Below are positions 30,763-40,493 of a stretch of 64,000 nt of DNA, in pieces. Under the pieces are notes generated by a model that had not been told where the DNA came from, made no database searches, and saw nothing but the letters and a program-made list of their open reading frames with translations. Source of the stretch: Candidatus Latescibacterota bacterium (GTDB lineage Bacteria > Latescibacterota > UBA2968 > UBA8231); assembly GCA_965261395.1 (NCBI GenBank), contig OZ253462.1, positions 3,168,001-3,232,000 of the forward strand. Direction: 5' to 3'. The first letter of the stretch is position 1. The number at the start of each line of letters is the position of its first letter. The translations under genes and the position numbers were made by a program.

Positions 30763-33700
30763 GTGGACAGCAAGCAACTCTGTATCAAAGTGATGATTAT
30801 TCCACGCAGACTTTCAACGTGCATCGTCGCCTTCGTGTGCGGCTGCGCTGCGAGCGATCCGCCGCCCGCGCCCGCGGTGCGCTTTGTCGATGCGACTGCT
30901 GCAGCGGGGATCGACTTTGTGCATACCAGCGGTCGATCCGGGCGCAAATACGGGGTGGAGACGATTGGTTCTGGCGCGGCGTTTTTCGATTACAATCGCG
31001 ACGGGTGGATGGATTTGTACGTGGTCAATGGGGCGGATTTGCCCGGCTACGTCTCGGCGGTGCCGCCGCAAAACGCGCTGTATCGCAACGATGGCGGACA
31101 CTTTGTCGAGGTCGGCGCAAGCCTCGGGGTAGCGGACACAGGCTACGGCATGGGTGCATCGGCCGGGGACTACGACAACGATGGGGACGCCGACCTCTTC
31201 GTCACCAACTTTGGCCGCAACCGGCTCTATCGTAACGAAGGGGCGGCGATGGCTTGGGCTTTTGCGGATGTGACGGCTGCGGCTGGGATCGGGGCGGACG
31301 AGCGGTGGTCAACCGGATCGTCGTTTGTCGATTGCGATCTCGACGGCGACTTAGACCTGTACGTGGCGAATTATTTGCACTACGAATTTGAGCGCGGCGA
31401 ACTGAGTGCGGGCGGAACGCTGCGTTGGCCGCGGCGGCACTTGGCCCCCACCGAATACCCAGGGCAGCGGAATGCGCTCTGGCGCAACGATGGCGGTCGC
31501 TTTGTGGACGTGACCGCTGCGGCCGGGCTGCTGACACTGGAAGGCCGCCAGTTGGGTGCCGTGTTTTTCGACTACGACCTCGACGGCGATCCCGATTTGT
31601 TTCAGGGCAATGACGCCACGCCGAATTTTCTCTGGCGCAACGACGGCGGTCGCTTTGCCGAAGTGGGGCTGGTGGCTGGCGTGGCGTACAACGCCGGCGG
31701 CAAGCCCGAAGGAACGATGGGCGTGGATGTGGCCGATGGCGATGGCGATGGCCGCCTCGATTTGGCGATGACCAATTTCCAGTGGGAGAGCAACACCCTG
31801 TACCACAATGCGGGCGGCGGGATGTTTGCCGACGAATCGCTGGCCGCGGGTATAGCCGCCAACAGCTTGGATAGGCTGGCCTTTGGCATCAACTTCCTCG
31901 ACGCCGACAACGACGGCGATCCCGATCTCTACGTGGCCAATGGCCACATCGACGAAGACATCGATCGGTTTGACCCGCAGGCCACGTACGGTCAGAGCGA
32001 CCAGTTGTACCTCAACGATGGCCGTGGCCGCTTTGCCGACGCGAGTGCGGCTGCCGGCGTGGTCGCGCCGACGCGGGATTTGGTCGGCCGCGGCTCGGCC
32101 GTGGCCGATTACGACAACGACGGCGACCTAGATCTTTTCTTGCTCAACACCGGGCAACGCGCCCTGCTTTGGCGCAACGATACCCAAGCAGGCCATTACT
32201 TGGCGCTGGCGTTAGAGGGGCGGACGAGCAACCGCGATGGCTACGGTGCCCGCGTGGAAGTGCGAGTGGGTGGCCGGACGCTGGTGGCGGAAAAGCGCAG
32301 TGCGGCGAGCTATTTGTCGCAAAACGACGCGCGGATGTTTTTTGGATTGGGGCCGAGCGAGGAAGCCGAGCAGGTGGAAATCGCGTGGCCTTCGGGTATT
32401 CGCCAAGTTTTAACGGGCGTGCGCGCCGGGCAGGTGTTGCGGGTCGTCGAGCCGGATGCGAGCGCACCGCAAGAAGCGGCTGACGAAGCTCTCGCGCAGG
32501 CTGTGCCCCAGGGCGGCGATGCCGAGGATCTAGAGCAATTCTGGCGGGAAGCGCCCTTAGTCCTGCCGGAAAAGACGCGGGCCGTCCTGCCGCCCGCAAC
32601 TCCTCTGTCCGAGCTGCGCGCCGCGACCCGCGCCCAGCCGGAGGTGGCCGATGTCCACATCGAGCTGGGCGCCGCGCTTGCACGCCAGCGCGCGTACGAC
32701 GAGGCGGAGGCCGCTTATCGCCGCGCCTTACAGCTCGACGCGGACGCGGCTCAAGCCTATGTAGGTTTGGGAAAGCTCTACGCCGACCGCGGTGCGCTTG
32801 GGCAAGCAGCATCCGCACTGAGACAAGCGATCGCGCTCGATAGCACCTTGGCCGAGCCGCACTACGTGCTGGGCAACATCCACCTGCGCCAACAGCGTTT
32901 AGCCGCGGCCGTCCCGTTCTACGAGCACGCCATCGCGCTGTCGCCGCGCTATCTCCAAGCCTATTTCAACTTGGCCGGCTTGCACGCGCGGCAAACCGAT
33001 TACGGCCCGGCCATAGCCGTATTGCGTCGGGGCCTCGCGGCCCTGCCCGGAGAAGTGGAGCTGATGCTGCAATTGGCGCGGATCCATTTTGTCCAAGCGC
33101 AATACGAGGACGCGCTCGCGCAGCTCGCCAGCGTGGTGCAAGCGCAGCCCACGCGCGCAGAAGCACACGAGTTGACGGCCCAAATCTGGATGGCGCGCGA
33201 GGACGCGGAGGCCGCCCGCGCCGCTTTGCAGCAGGGGCTGGAGCACGTCCCGAACAGCGCCGCGCTCTTGGGGCGGCTGGGCATTCTGCTCTTGCAGGAG
33301 GGCGCGGACGAAGAGGCCGTATCCCTTTTGCAGCGGGCTTTAGCCGCGGACCCGGACCGCACGGAAGTGTACTATCATTTGGGTCAGGCGTTGTTGCGAC
33401 GCGGTGAGACTGTGCGCGGTCGCCAGCTCCTCGACTATTTCCACTCGTTGCAGCAGGAGCACCAAAAGTTGCTGGCCCACAAGACGGCCGTGGTGCTCAA
33501 CCCCAACGACGCGGACGCGTTCTACAAGTTAGGTGCGGTCTATGCGCGGATTGGCCGCTACGAGGCCGCTAGCCAAGCGTACCAAGCGGCTTTGGCCGTA
33601 GCGCCGGACCATCTCGACGCCCGCAACAACTTGGGCAACATCTACCTCCGTCGCCGCGCATTGGGGCTGGCTATTGCTGCGTACCAAGAAGTGTTGCGCC

Positions 33701-33876
33701 GCGATCCCCACTACGCCCGCGCCCACTACAACTTGGGCAACGCGTACCTGTTGGCCGGCGAGGAGACACGCGCGGCGGCGGCGTTTGCTAAAGCTGTTGA
33801 AGCCGATCCTGAACATCGCAAGGCGCAGCAGATGCTCGCCGAATTGCGGCGGCGCGAGGCCCAAGGTGAGCGCTGA
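30763..33876 (+). CDS. CRTAC1-like + TPR lipoprotein (paralog of 22209-25406)
   Basis: Same architecture and shared motifs (HxAPTEYPGQR, LExFWREAP); true start may be 30790/30793. Confidence 0.9.
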   Translation: MDSKQLCIKVMIIPRRLSTCIVAFVCGCAASDPPPAPAVRFVDATAAAGIDFVHTSGRSGRKYGVETIGSGAAFFDYNRDGWMDLYVVNGADLPGYVSAVPPQNALYRNDGGHFVEVGASLGVADTGYGMGASAGDYDNDGDADLFVTNFGRNRLYRNEGAAMAWAFADVTAAAGIGADERWSTGSSFVDCDLDGDLDLYVANYLHYEFERGELSAGGTLRWPRRHLAPTEYPGQRNALWRNDGGRFVDVTAAAGLLTLEGRQLGAVFFDYDLDGDPDLFQGNDATPNFLWRNDGGRFAEVGLVAGVAYNAGGKPEGTMGVDVADGDGDGRLDLAMTNFQWESNTLYHNAGGGMFADESLAAGIAANSLDRLAFGINFLDADNDGDPDLYVANGHIDEDIDRFDPQATYGQSDQLYLNDGRGRFADASAAAGVVAPTRDLVGRGSAVADYDNDGDLDLFLLNTGQRALLWRNDTQAGHYLALALEGRTSNRDGYGARVEVRVGGRTLVAEKRSAASYLSQNDARMFFGLGPSEEAEQVEIAWPSGIRQVLTGVRAGQVLRVVEPDASAPQEAADEALAQAVPQGGDAEDLEQFWREAPLVLPEKTRAVLPPATPLSELRAATRAQPEVADVHIELGAALARQRAYDEAEAAYRRALQLDADAAQAYVGLGKLYADRGALGQAASALRQAIALDSTLAEPHYVLGNIHLRQQRLAAAVPFYEHAIALSPRYLQAYFNLAGLHARQTDYGPAIAVLRRGLAALPGEVELMLQLARIHFVQAQYEDALAQLASVVQAQPTRAEAHELTAQIWMAREDAEAARAALQQGLEHVPNSAALLGRLGILLLQEGADEEAVSLLQRALAADPDRTEVYYHLGQALLRRGETVRGRQLLDYFHSLQQEHQKLLAHKTAVVLNPNDADAFYKLGAVYARIGRYEAASQAYQAALAVAPDHLDARNNLGNIYLRRRALGLAIAAYQEVLRRDPHYARAHYNLGNAYLLAGEETRAAAAFAKAVEADPEHRKAQQMLAELRRREAQGER

Positions 33877-36319
33877 GCGGCGGCTGCAGCTCGGCGTGGG
33901 GCTGGTGGCTGCGGCCGTCATCGGCTATGAAATCGGCCTCGTCCGGCTGTTTTCCTTTTTGCAGCACTATCACTACACGTTTCTCGTGGTCTCAGGGGCG
34001 GTCTGCGGCTTGGGCTTGGGGGCCGCGCTGAGTGCGGTGCTGCGCGTGCGGGAAGAGCAGCTGTACCGGCACTTGGGCTATTGGGCTGGTTTTTGCGGGT
34101 GCAGCATGGGCCTGGGGGCACTCGCGTTGGCGCAGTTCCCCCGCATGCCGCTGTGGATGTTGGTCGGGGTGGCCGGGGTGCCGTTTGTCGCGGCGGGTGC
34201 GTTGCTCGCTCTCGCGTTCCGCGCGCGCCATCGGCACAGCCAAGTGCTCTACTTTTGGGATCTGGTCGGCGCGGCGCTGGGTATTCTGTGGATCGTGCCG
34301 GCCTTAGAGTGGCTGGGAGGCGTGGGTGCGCTGGCGAGCGCTGGATTCTTCGCGTTCGCGGCGGCGGCGCTGTGGATCGGCGGCTGGGGAGTATGGGTCG
34401 CTCCAGCTTTTTTGACCGTCTTACTTGCAGTTCAACGCGATGCGCAGCATGAGATTATTGACCTCAGTGCCCTAGCTGAGGCCGCCGACAAGCCCATGTT
34501 CCGCGCCTTGGGCGCGGCGCGCCACCGAGGGGAAGTGAAGGATACGCACTGGAGCGCGTACGCGCGCACCGACTTGGTAGATCGCACGGGCGACACGGGC
34601 CTGAACTTGTACGTAGATGGTGGGGCTGGCTCGTATATGTTCCGCTTTCCCGGGGATTACCGGCGGCTGTTTTTCTTGCGCCGCGAGGCTGCGTTTTTCC
34701 CCTATTACTTCTCGTCCCGCGAGCGCGCTCTGATCATCGGGCCGGGCGGTGGTGCCGACGTGCTCTACGCCCTGATGACCGGCTGGCGGCAGATCGAAGC
34801 CGTAGAGATCAACCCGGAGATCGCCGCGCTAGTTCGCTCATACGGAGAGTACAACGGCCATTTGTACGACTTGGAGGGGGTAGAGCTGCACATTGGCGAT
34901 GGCCGCAACTATTTGGAGCGTTCCCCCGCGCGCTACGATCTAATCGCCCTGCCCTTGGTGTATGCCGAGGCGGCTGATTTGGTGGGGTACGCGCTTTCCG
35001 AGAATTACCTGTTCACCCGCGAGGCATTTGCCGCCTATCTCGATCACCTCACCGAGGGTGGTCGGTTGGCTCTCGTAGTCCACAATCACGCGCTGATGTT
35101 GCGCGTGGTCGCCACCTTGGGTGCCTTGTGGGAAGAGCGCGGCCACGAGCCGAGCGCGGTGCTCGACCACCTCGTCATCGTCAATGGCGCTCGCGGCGAT
35201 CCGGCGCGGCAAGAGGCCTACCGTCCCTTGTTACTGGTGCAGCGACAGCCCTATACAGCCGGGCAGTTGGCGCGGCTACACGCGGCGATGGAGGAGTTGG
35301 GTTTAGACGCGTACTTTGCACCCGGAAGGCGCGAACGGCCGGCGCTGGCAGCGTTGCGCGGGGCTACATTGGCGGATTTTGTTGCCGCCGCCGCATTCGA
35401 CATCTCGCCGACGACTGACGACCGTCCCTTCTTTTACGACGCTACTCGCGGGCTGGATTCCAAGCTAACTTGGCTATTGGTCGGCGCGTTGTTGGCGTGC
35501 ACGCTGGTGATGTTGGTGCCGCTTGCTGCGCCGAATATGCGCCAGCGGAGCGCGTCTGGACCGCCGCCGCTGTTGTGGGCGTTGTTCACCGCCGGATTGG
35601 GCACGGGCTTTATGATGGTCGAGATCCATCTCTTGCAGCGCTTTGGCCTGTTCCTCGGCTATCCGACCCTGACGCTGGCGGTCGCGCTTTTCGGGCTGTT
35701 GTTGGGTACGGGGGCCGGGAGTCTCGTGGGTGGATGGTGTCGCCCGCTCGCGTATCCACGGGGGTTGGGATTGGTCGGTGTGGCCGTCGGCCTCGTCTGC
35801 TATCTCTATGGGTTCTTGCTCGATGGCGTGCTCGCTGGGACGTTGGCGTGGTCGCTGGCTGCGCGCGTTGGGTTGACGCTGGCTCTCGTCGCGCCGCTCG
35901 GAATGTTGCTAGGCACCTGTTTTCCGGCCTGTCTGCGCTTGGGTGGTTCACAACGCGCCGGGATCGTCCCTTGGCTGTGGGCCGTCAATGGTTTCTTCTC
36001 GGTACTCGGATCGGTCGGGGCCGTGGCTTTGGGCATGGAGTGGGGAGCGAGTGCATCGTTGGCGGTCGGCGCGGCCGCGTATGTGGCGGCGGGTACGGCG
36101 CTCTTTTTAGGCAGCCGCCGGACTCCTTCAGGCGTGGAGGTGACCCGGCCGGCCGACGCGGGACGCTGGGCGGTGGGTGCTCTGTTCTTGGTTGCGCTGC
36201 TGTGGTATGCGGCCTTTAGCTTTATCGGCGCGCGCTATTGGGGCGCAGCTCCTTCGGCTGCTCATCCGCGCCCGCCGGTTGCGGTCGAGGTGTGGCCGGC
36301 GGCGCTTAGGGACTTTTAA
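33866..36319 (+). CDS. Membrane protein with spermidine-synthase-like SAM-dependent domain
   Basis: GTG start overlapping the upstream gene end; TMs; LIIGPGGGADV, VEINP, GDGRNYL, TDDRPFF; C-terminal TMs. Confidence 0.85.
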   Translation: MSAERRLQLGVGLVAAAVIGYEIGLVRLFSFLQHYHYTFLVVSGAVCGLGLGAALSAVLRVREEQLYRHLGYWAGFCGCSMGLGALALAQFPRMPLWMLVGVAGVPFVAAGALLALAFRARHRHSQVLYFWDLVGAALGILWIVPALEWLGGVGALASAGFFAFAAAALWIGGWGVWVAPAFLTVLLAVQRDAQHEIIDLSALAEAADKPMFRALGAARHRGEVKDTHWSAYARTDLVDRTGDTGLNLYVDGGAGSYMFRFPGDYRRLFFLRREAAFFPYYFSSRERALIIGPGGGADVLYALMTGWRQIEAVEINPEIAALVRSYGEYNGHLYDLEGVELHIGDGRNYLERSPARYDLIALPLVYAEAADLVGYALSENYLFTREAFAAYLDHLTEGGRLALVVHNHALMLRVVATLGALWEERGHEPSAVLDHLVIVNGARGDPARQEAYRPLLLVQRQPYTAGQLARLHAAMEELGLDAYFAPGRRERPALAALRGATLADFVAAAAFDISPTTDDRPFFYDATRGLDSKLTWLLVGALLACTLVMLVPLAAPNMRQRSASGPPPLLWALFTAGLGTGFMMVEIHLLQRFGLFLGYPTLTLAVALFGLLLGTGAGSLVGGWCRPLAYPRGLGLVGVAVGLVCYLYGFLLDGVLAGTLAWSLAARVGLTLALVAPLGMLLGTCFPACLRLGGSQRAGIVPWLWAVNGFFSVLGSVGAVALGMEWGASASLAVGAAAYVAAGTALFLGSRRTPSGVEVTRPADAGRWAVGALFLVALLWYAAFSFIGARYWGAAPSAAHPRPPVAVEVWPAALRDF

Positions 36320-36360
36320 CACCATTACCAGCCTTTTTGGCTATCCGAATAGGACCGCTT

Positions 36361-37332
36361 ATGCTCGTCTTTTCCAGCCTGCGTCTCGCCGCCCCGCCAA
36401 CCTCTCGGAATGCTTGGGAAGCCCAACGCCCCGCTCTTTTGGGAGCCATGCAACAGATCATGGGGCCTTTGCCTGGGCCGGAAAAGCGTGGGCCGCTCGA
36501 CGTTCAAGTCCAAGAGGAAGTGGATTGCGGCTCTTATACCCGCCGCCTCATTACCTACGTCTCCGAGCCGGACTGTCGGGTGCCGGCCTATTTGCTGATT
36601 CCCCATGCTGCCCTAGAATCCCCAGCTCCGGCCGTGCTTTGCCCCCATCCTACGGACGACCGCATCGGCCACAAAGTCGTCGTCGGTTTGGGCGGCCGCG
36701 CCAACCGTGCGTATGCTAGCGAACTGGCCCAAGCTGGCTTTGTAACCCTCGCCCCGGCTTACCCCCTGCTAGCGGACTATCGCCCCGACTGGCGTGCTCT
36801 CGGCTACCAGTCGGGGACCATGAAGGCGATATGGGACAATATGCGCGGCCTCGATCTGCTGGCCGAACTGCCCTTTGTCGCAGGGGAATCTTTCGCCTCC
36901 ATCGGCCACTCGCTGGGCGGTCACAACTCGATCTACACCGCAGTTTTCGACTCGCGCATCGCCGCAGTCGTCTCTAGTTGCGGCCTCGATTCCTATCAAG
37001 ATTATATGGACGGCGATATCACGGGCTGGACCAGCGATCGCTACATGCCGCGCTTAAAGGACTATGTCCTAACAGACCTTCCCTTTGACTTCCACGACAT
37101 GATCGCTGCTTTAGCGCCGCGCCCTTGCTTCATCTCCGCGCCTTTGGGCGACTCCAATTTCCGCTGGCGCAGCGTCGCCTCAGTGGTCGAAACCGCCCGA
37201 GCGGTGTACGATCTGTACGGTGCCGGCGAGGACCTCCAAGTGGTCTATCCCGATTGCGGCCACGACTTTCCCGACGCCATTCGAGAGCGAGCCTACCGCG
37301 TTATCGCCGAGGCCCTGACTAGCGGCGACTGA
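36361..37332 (+). CDS. Alpha/beta hydrolase (dienelactone hydrolase/esterase-like)
   Basis: VPAYLLIP, GHSLGG nucleophile elbow, LAPRP, GHDF; start uncertain (36337 or 36361). Confidence 0.85.
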   Translation: MLVFSSLRLAAPPTSRNAWEAQRPALLGAMQQIMGPLPGPEKRGPLDVQVQEEVDCGSYTRRLITYVSEPDCRVPAYLLIPHAALESPAPAVLCPHPTDDRIGHKVVVGLGGRANRAYASELAQAGFVTLAPAYPLLADYRPDWRALGYQSGTMKAIWDNMRGLDLLAELPFVAGESFASIGHSLGGHNSIYTAVFDSRIAAVVSSCGLDSYQDYMDGDITGWTSDRYMPRLKDYVLTDLPFDFHDMIAALAPRPCFISAPLGDSNFRWRSVASVVETARAVYDLYGAGEDLQVVYPDCGHDFPDAIRERAYRVIAEALTSGD

Positions 37333-37497
37333 CAGTCGTTGTGGGCGATTCTTAGGGCCTTTTGACGCCTGGTTTGGATTGCAACGATAGGCTTGGTTTG
37401 CTATTGGACGAGGATGCGGTAGTTTTTGTACGATGTTTGCCGCGTCAGGATATTTATCGATACTTCCCATAGCCAGCAATGCGATCTTTACTGAAAA

Positions 37498-39126
37498 ATG
37501 CTCAAGTTTCTTCTGCTTCTACTTCTTTTATTCGTCCCCCTCTACGCCAACCCTCGCTTCCACGACGCCACCCAAGAAGCGGGCATCGGCTTTGTCCACG
37601 TCAACGGTGCGAATGGCCAGAAATTCGTCATTGAAACGGTCGGTCCGGGCGGCGGCTTTTTCGACTACGACGGCGACGGTCGCCTCGACATTTATCTAAT
37701 CAACGGAGCCGCTGTGCCTGGGACCGAATACGACCCTGCGCCGCAAAATGCGCTCTACCGGAACAGAGGCGACGGCACCTTCACCGATGTAACGGAACAC
37801 ACCGGCGTCGGCGACACGGGCTACGGCATGGGCTGCGCAGTCGGCGATATCGACAACGACGGCGACCTCGATCTATACGTGACCAACTTCGGTGCCAATG
37901 TGCTGTATCGGAATGAGGGCGATGGAACGTTTGCGGATGTGACGGTCGCGGCCCAAGTCGGCGACGAGGGCTGGGGGGCGAGCGCCGCGTTTGCCGACAT
38001 CGACCGCGACGGCTTCGTCGATTTATACGTGGGCAATTACCACAACTTTTCCTATGCCAATCACCGCGTCTGCGCCGAGGGCGGCAGCGGCTTGCAGCTC
38101 TACTGCGGCCCGGAGGCCTTTGACGGGGTGACCGATGTGTTGTATCGGAACGAGGGGGATGGAACGTTTGCGGATATTACGGTCGCGGCCGGTCTAGGCA
38201 GCGCTGAAGGCAAGGAGCTAGGCGTGGTCTTCGGCGACGTGGATCTCGACGGCGACCCAGACCTGTACTTGGCCAACGACAAGACCTTGAACTTCTTGTA
38301 TCTCAACGACGGCACCGGCCACTTTGCGGAAGAAGCGCTTTTGTCCGGAGTCGCGTACAACGAAGACGGCGATGTCGAAGCGGGCATGGGCGTTGACATG
38401 GGCGACTACGACAACGACGGCGCCCTCGACCTTTTCGTCACCAACTTTCAGTGGGAGACCAATACCCTGTACAAAAATCTCGGCGACGGCACCTTTGTCG
38501 ATGAAACCTTCCTGGCCGGGTTGGGCAAGGGCAGCATAGCCTACTTGGCGTGGGGCACGCGCTTTTTCGATGCCGACAACGACGGCGACCGCGACCTTTT
38601 TATCGCCAATGGCCACTTGGAAAGCGATGTCGAGCAATACGAGAACGCGACTTTCCCGCAGCGCAATCAGCTCTTTCTCAACGCTGGCGACGGCCGCTTC
38701 GAGGAATACCCAGAGGACGGCGGTGCCCTGTCCTTGAAACGAGTCAGTCGCGGCGCGGCCTTTGGCGACTACGACGACGATGGCGATATCGACGTGCTGG
38801 TGGCCAATGTCGCCGCCCAGCCGACCTTGATGCGCAACGACGGCGCGAGTGGCCACTGGGTGCGCCTGCGGCTAGAGGGCCGTGACAGCAACCGCGCTGG
38901 CATCGGGACCCGCGTCAAAGTTACAAGCGGCGGGCAGGTGCAGACCGACGAAGTGCGCTCGGGTGCCAGCTTCCTCTCGCAGAGCGACCTGCGGCTGCAC
39001 TTCGGGCTAGGAACGGCCACTAGCATTGAGCGGGTGGTCGTCTATTGGCCGAGCGGTCGGGTAGAGGAATATGCGGACTTAGGCGTCAACCAAGAGCATC
39101 TGCTCGTCGAAGGAGCGGCGCGATGA
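37498..39126 (+). CDS. CRTAC1-family protein (FG-GAP + ASPIC/UnbV)
   Basis: Signal peptide; DxDxDG repeats; SNRAGIGTRV, SFLSQSDLRLHFGLG. Confidence 0.9.
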   Translation: MLKFLLLLLLLFVPLYANPRFHDATQEAGIGFVHVNGANGQKFVIETVGPGGGFFDYDGDGRLDIYLINGAAVPGTEYDPAPQNALYRNRGDGTFTDVTEHTGVGDTGYGMGCAVGDIDNDGDLDLYVTNFGANVLYRNEGDGTFADVTVAAQVGDEGWGASAAFADIDRDGFVDLYVGNYHNFSYANHRVCAEGGSGLQLYCGPEAFDGVTDVLYRNEGDGTFADITVAAGLGSAEGKELGVVFGDVDLDGDPDLYLANDKTLNFLYLNDGTGHFAEEALLSGVAYNEDGDVEAGMGVDMGDYDNDGALDLFVTNFQWETNTLYKNLGDGTFVDETFLAGLGKGSIAYLAWGTRFFDADNDGDRDLFIANGHLESDVEQYENATFPQRNQLFLNAGDGRFEEYPEDGGALSLKRVSRGAAFGDYDDDGDIDVLVANVAAQPTLMRNDGASGHWVRLRLEGRDSNRAGIGTRVKVTSGGQVQTDEVRSGASFLSQSDLRLHFGLGTATSIERVVVYWPSGRVEEYADLGVNQEHLLVEGAAR

Positions 39127-40493
39127 GGGTGCTGCTAATCTGCCTCGCATTGTGCGCCTGTGCGGAGGAAAGCTCGCAAGAAAAAGTGCGCCCCGGCGCG
39201 GCTATGGACGCCGAAATGCTCTTTGCGCGCGGCACCGCGCTCGCCTCCCAAGGCCGCCATACTGAGGCCATCGACGCCTACCAGCAGGCTGCCGCGCTAG
39301 CACCTAGGTCCGTCAAGGTTCATTACAACCTCGGCAACGCCTACGTGCGCCAGCTCGATTACCCCAGCGCGATGACAGCCTATCAGCGCGTATTGGCGCT
39401 GGACTCGACGCACGTATCAGCGCGGCACAACCTCGCGGCGATGTACGTCAAACAGCTCAACTACGCCCAAGCCATTGACGAACACCGCCGGGTGCTCTCG
39501 TTAGACCCCGGCCATTTGACGACCTACTACGACCTCGGCTACATCTACTTCTTGCGCGGCGAGTACGGCGAGGTGGAAGCGCTGCTGCAAGCGGGTCTGG
39601 ACCGCGACTCGACCAATGCCTCCTTCTACCGGCTCTTGGGCCGGACGCGCCTGAAGGAACTCGACTTTGAGTGGGCCGCGATGGCTCTGACGCGTGCTGT
39701 CGCGCTGGACAGCACGGACGCGGCAGCGTACGTCGATCTAGCGCAGGTGGAGCTCAAGCGGCGCGAGTACGCGGCGGCCGAACGCGCCGCCCGCCGTGCC
39801 ACTGCGCTCGACCCACTGTCCAAGGAGGCGTACTTTGCGCTGGCCAATGCTCTCAAGCGGCTCGGCCGCCGCGAGGAGAGCACCGAAGTGCTGGCGCAGT
39901 TTCGGGCGCTCGACCAGCAGCTCGACAAAATCGACGACCAGTTGCGGATGCTGGGCAATGTGCCCGACGACCACGAGGCGCGGGCGCAATTGGGCCTGCT
40001 GTACAGCGAGCAGGGCCGCTTGACGGAAGCTGCCGAAGCGTATCGGCTGGCCGTGCGCCTCGCGCCGGACAGCCTGCGCTACCGCAACAATCTAGGGAAC
40101 CTGTACCTGCGCTTGGGCCAATTCGCCGAAGCCGTCACCGAGTATCAAGCCGCGCTGGCCTTGGACCCAGAATACGCCAAGGCGCACTACAATTTGGGCC
40201 AGGCGTACCTGCGCTTGCAGCGCTTTGACGAGGCCGTAGCGAGCCTCACCGAAGCGCGCCGCTTAGCACCGGAAGACGCGGAGACCCATTACTTTTTGGG
40301 GCTGCTACACGCGCGCGCTGACGACTTCGTTGCGGCCGCCGAGATGCTGGCCGTCGCCGTGGCAGCCCGGCCGGACTGGCTCGACGCGCGGCAGAAGCTG
40401 GCCGTGGCATACTTGAAGTCGGGCAAGGTAGAAGAGAGCAAGCGAGAGTTGGAGGCGATCCGGCAAATGAAAGAGAGTGGGCAGCATGAGTAA
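39123..40493 (+). CDS. TPR lipoprotein
   Basis: ATGA overlap at 39123; MRVLLICLALCAC lipobox; tandem TPRs. Confidence 0.85.
   Translation: MRVLLICLALCACAEESSQEKVRPGAAMDAEMLFARGTALASQGRHTEAIDAYQQAAALAPRSVKVHYNLGNAYVRQLDYPSAMTAYQRVLALDSTHVSARHNLAAMYVKQLNYAQAIDEHRRVLSLDPGHLTTYYDLGYIYFLRGEYGEVEALLQAGLDRDSTNASFYRLLGRTRLKELDFEWAAMALTRAVALDSTDAAAYVDLAQVELKRREYAAAERAARRATALDPLSKEAYFALANALKRLGRREESTEVLAQFRALDQQLDKIDDQLRMLGNVPDDHEARAQLGLLYSEQGRLTEAAEAYRLAVRLAPDSLRYRNNLGNLYLRLGQFAEAVTEYQAALALDPEYAKAHYNLGQAYLRLQRFDEAVASLTEARRLAPEDAETHYFLGLLHARADDFVAAAEMLAVAVAARPDWLDARQKLAVAYLKSGKVEESKRELEAIRQMKESGQHE

Noticed and set aside
22209-39126. Recurrent gactacgacaacgacggcgac-like sequences as CRISPR or DGR repeats
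   Set aside because: They encode FG-GAP DxDxDG motifs within ORFs and are irregularly spaced; no cas or reverse transcriptase gene is present
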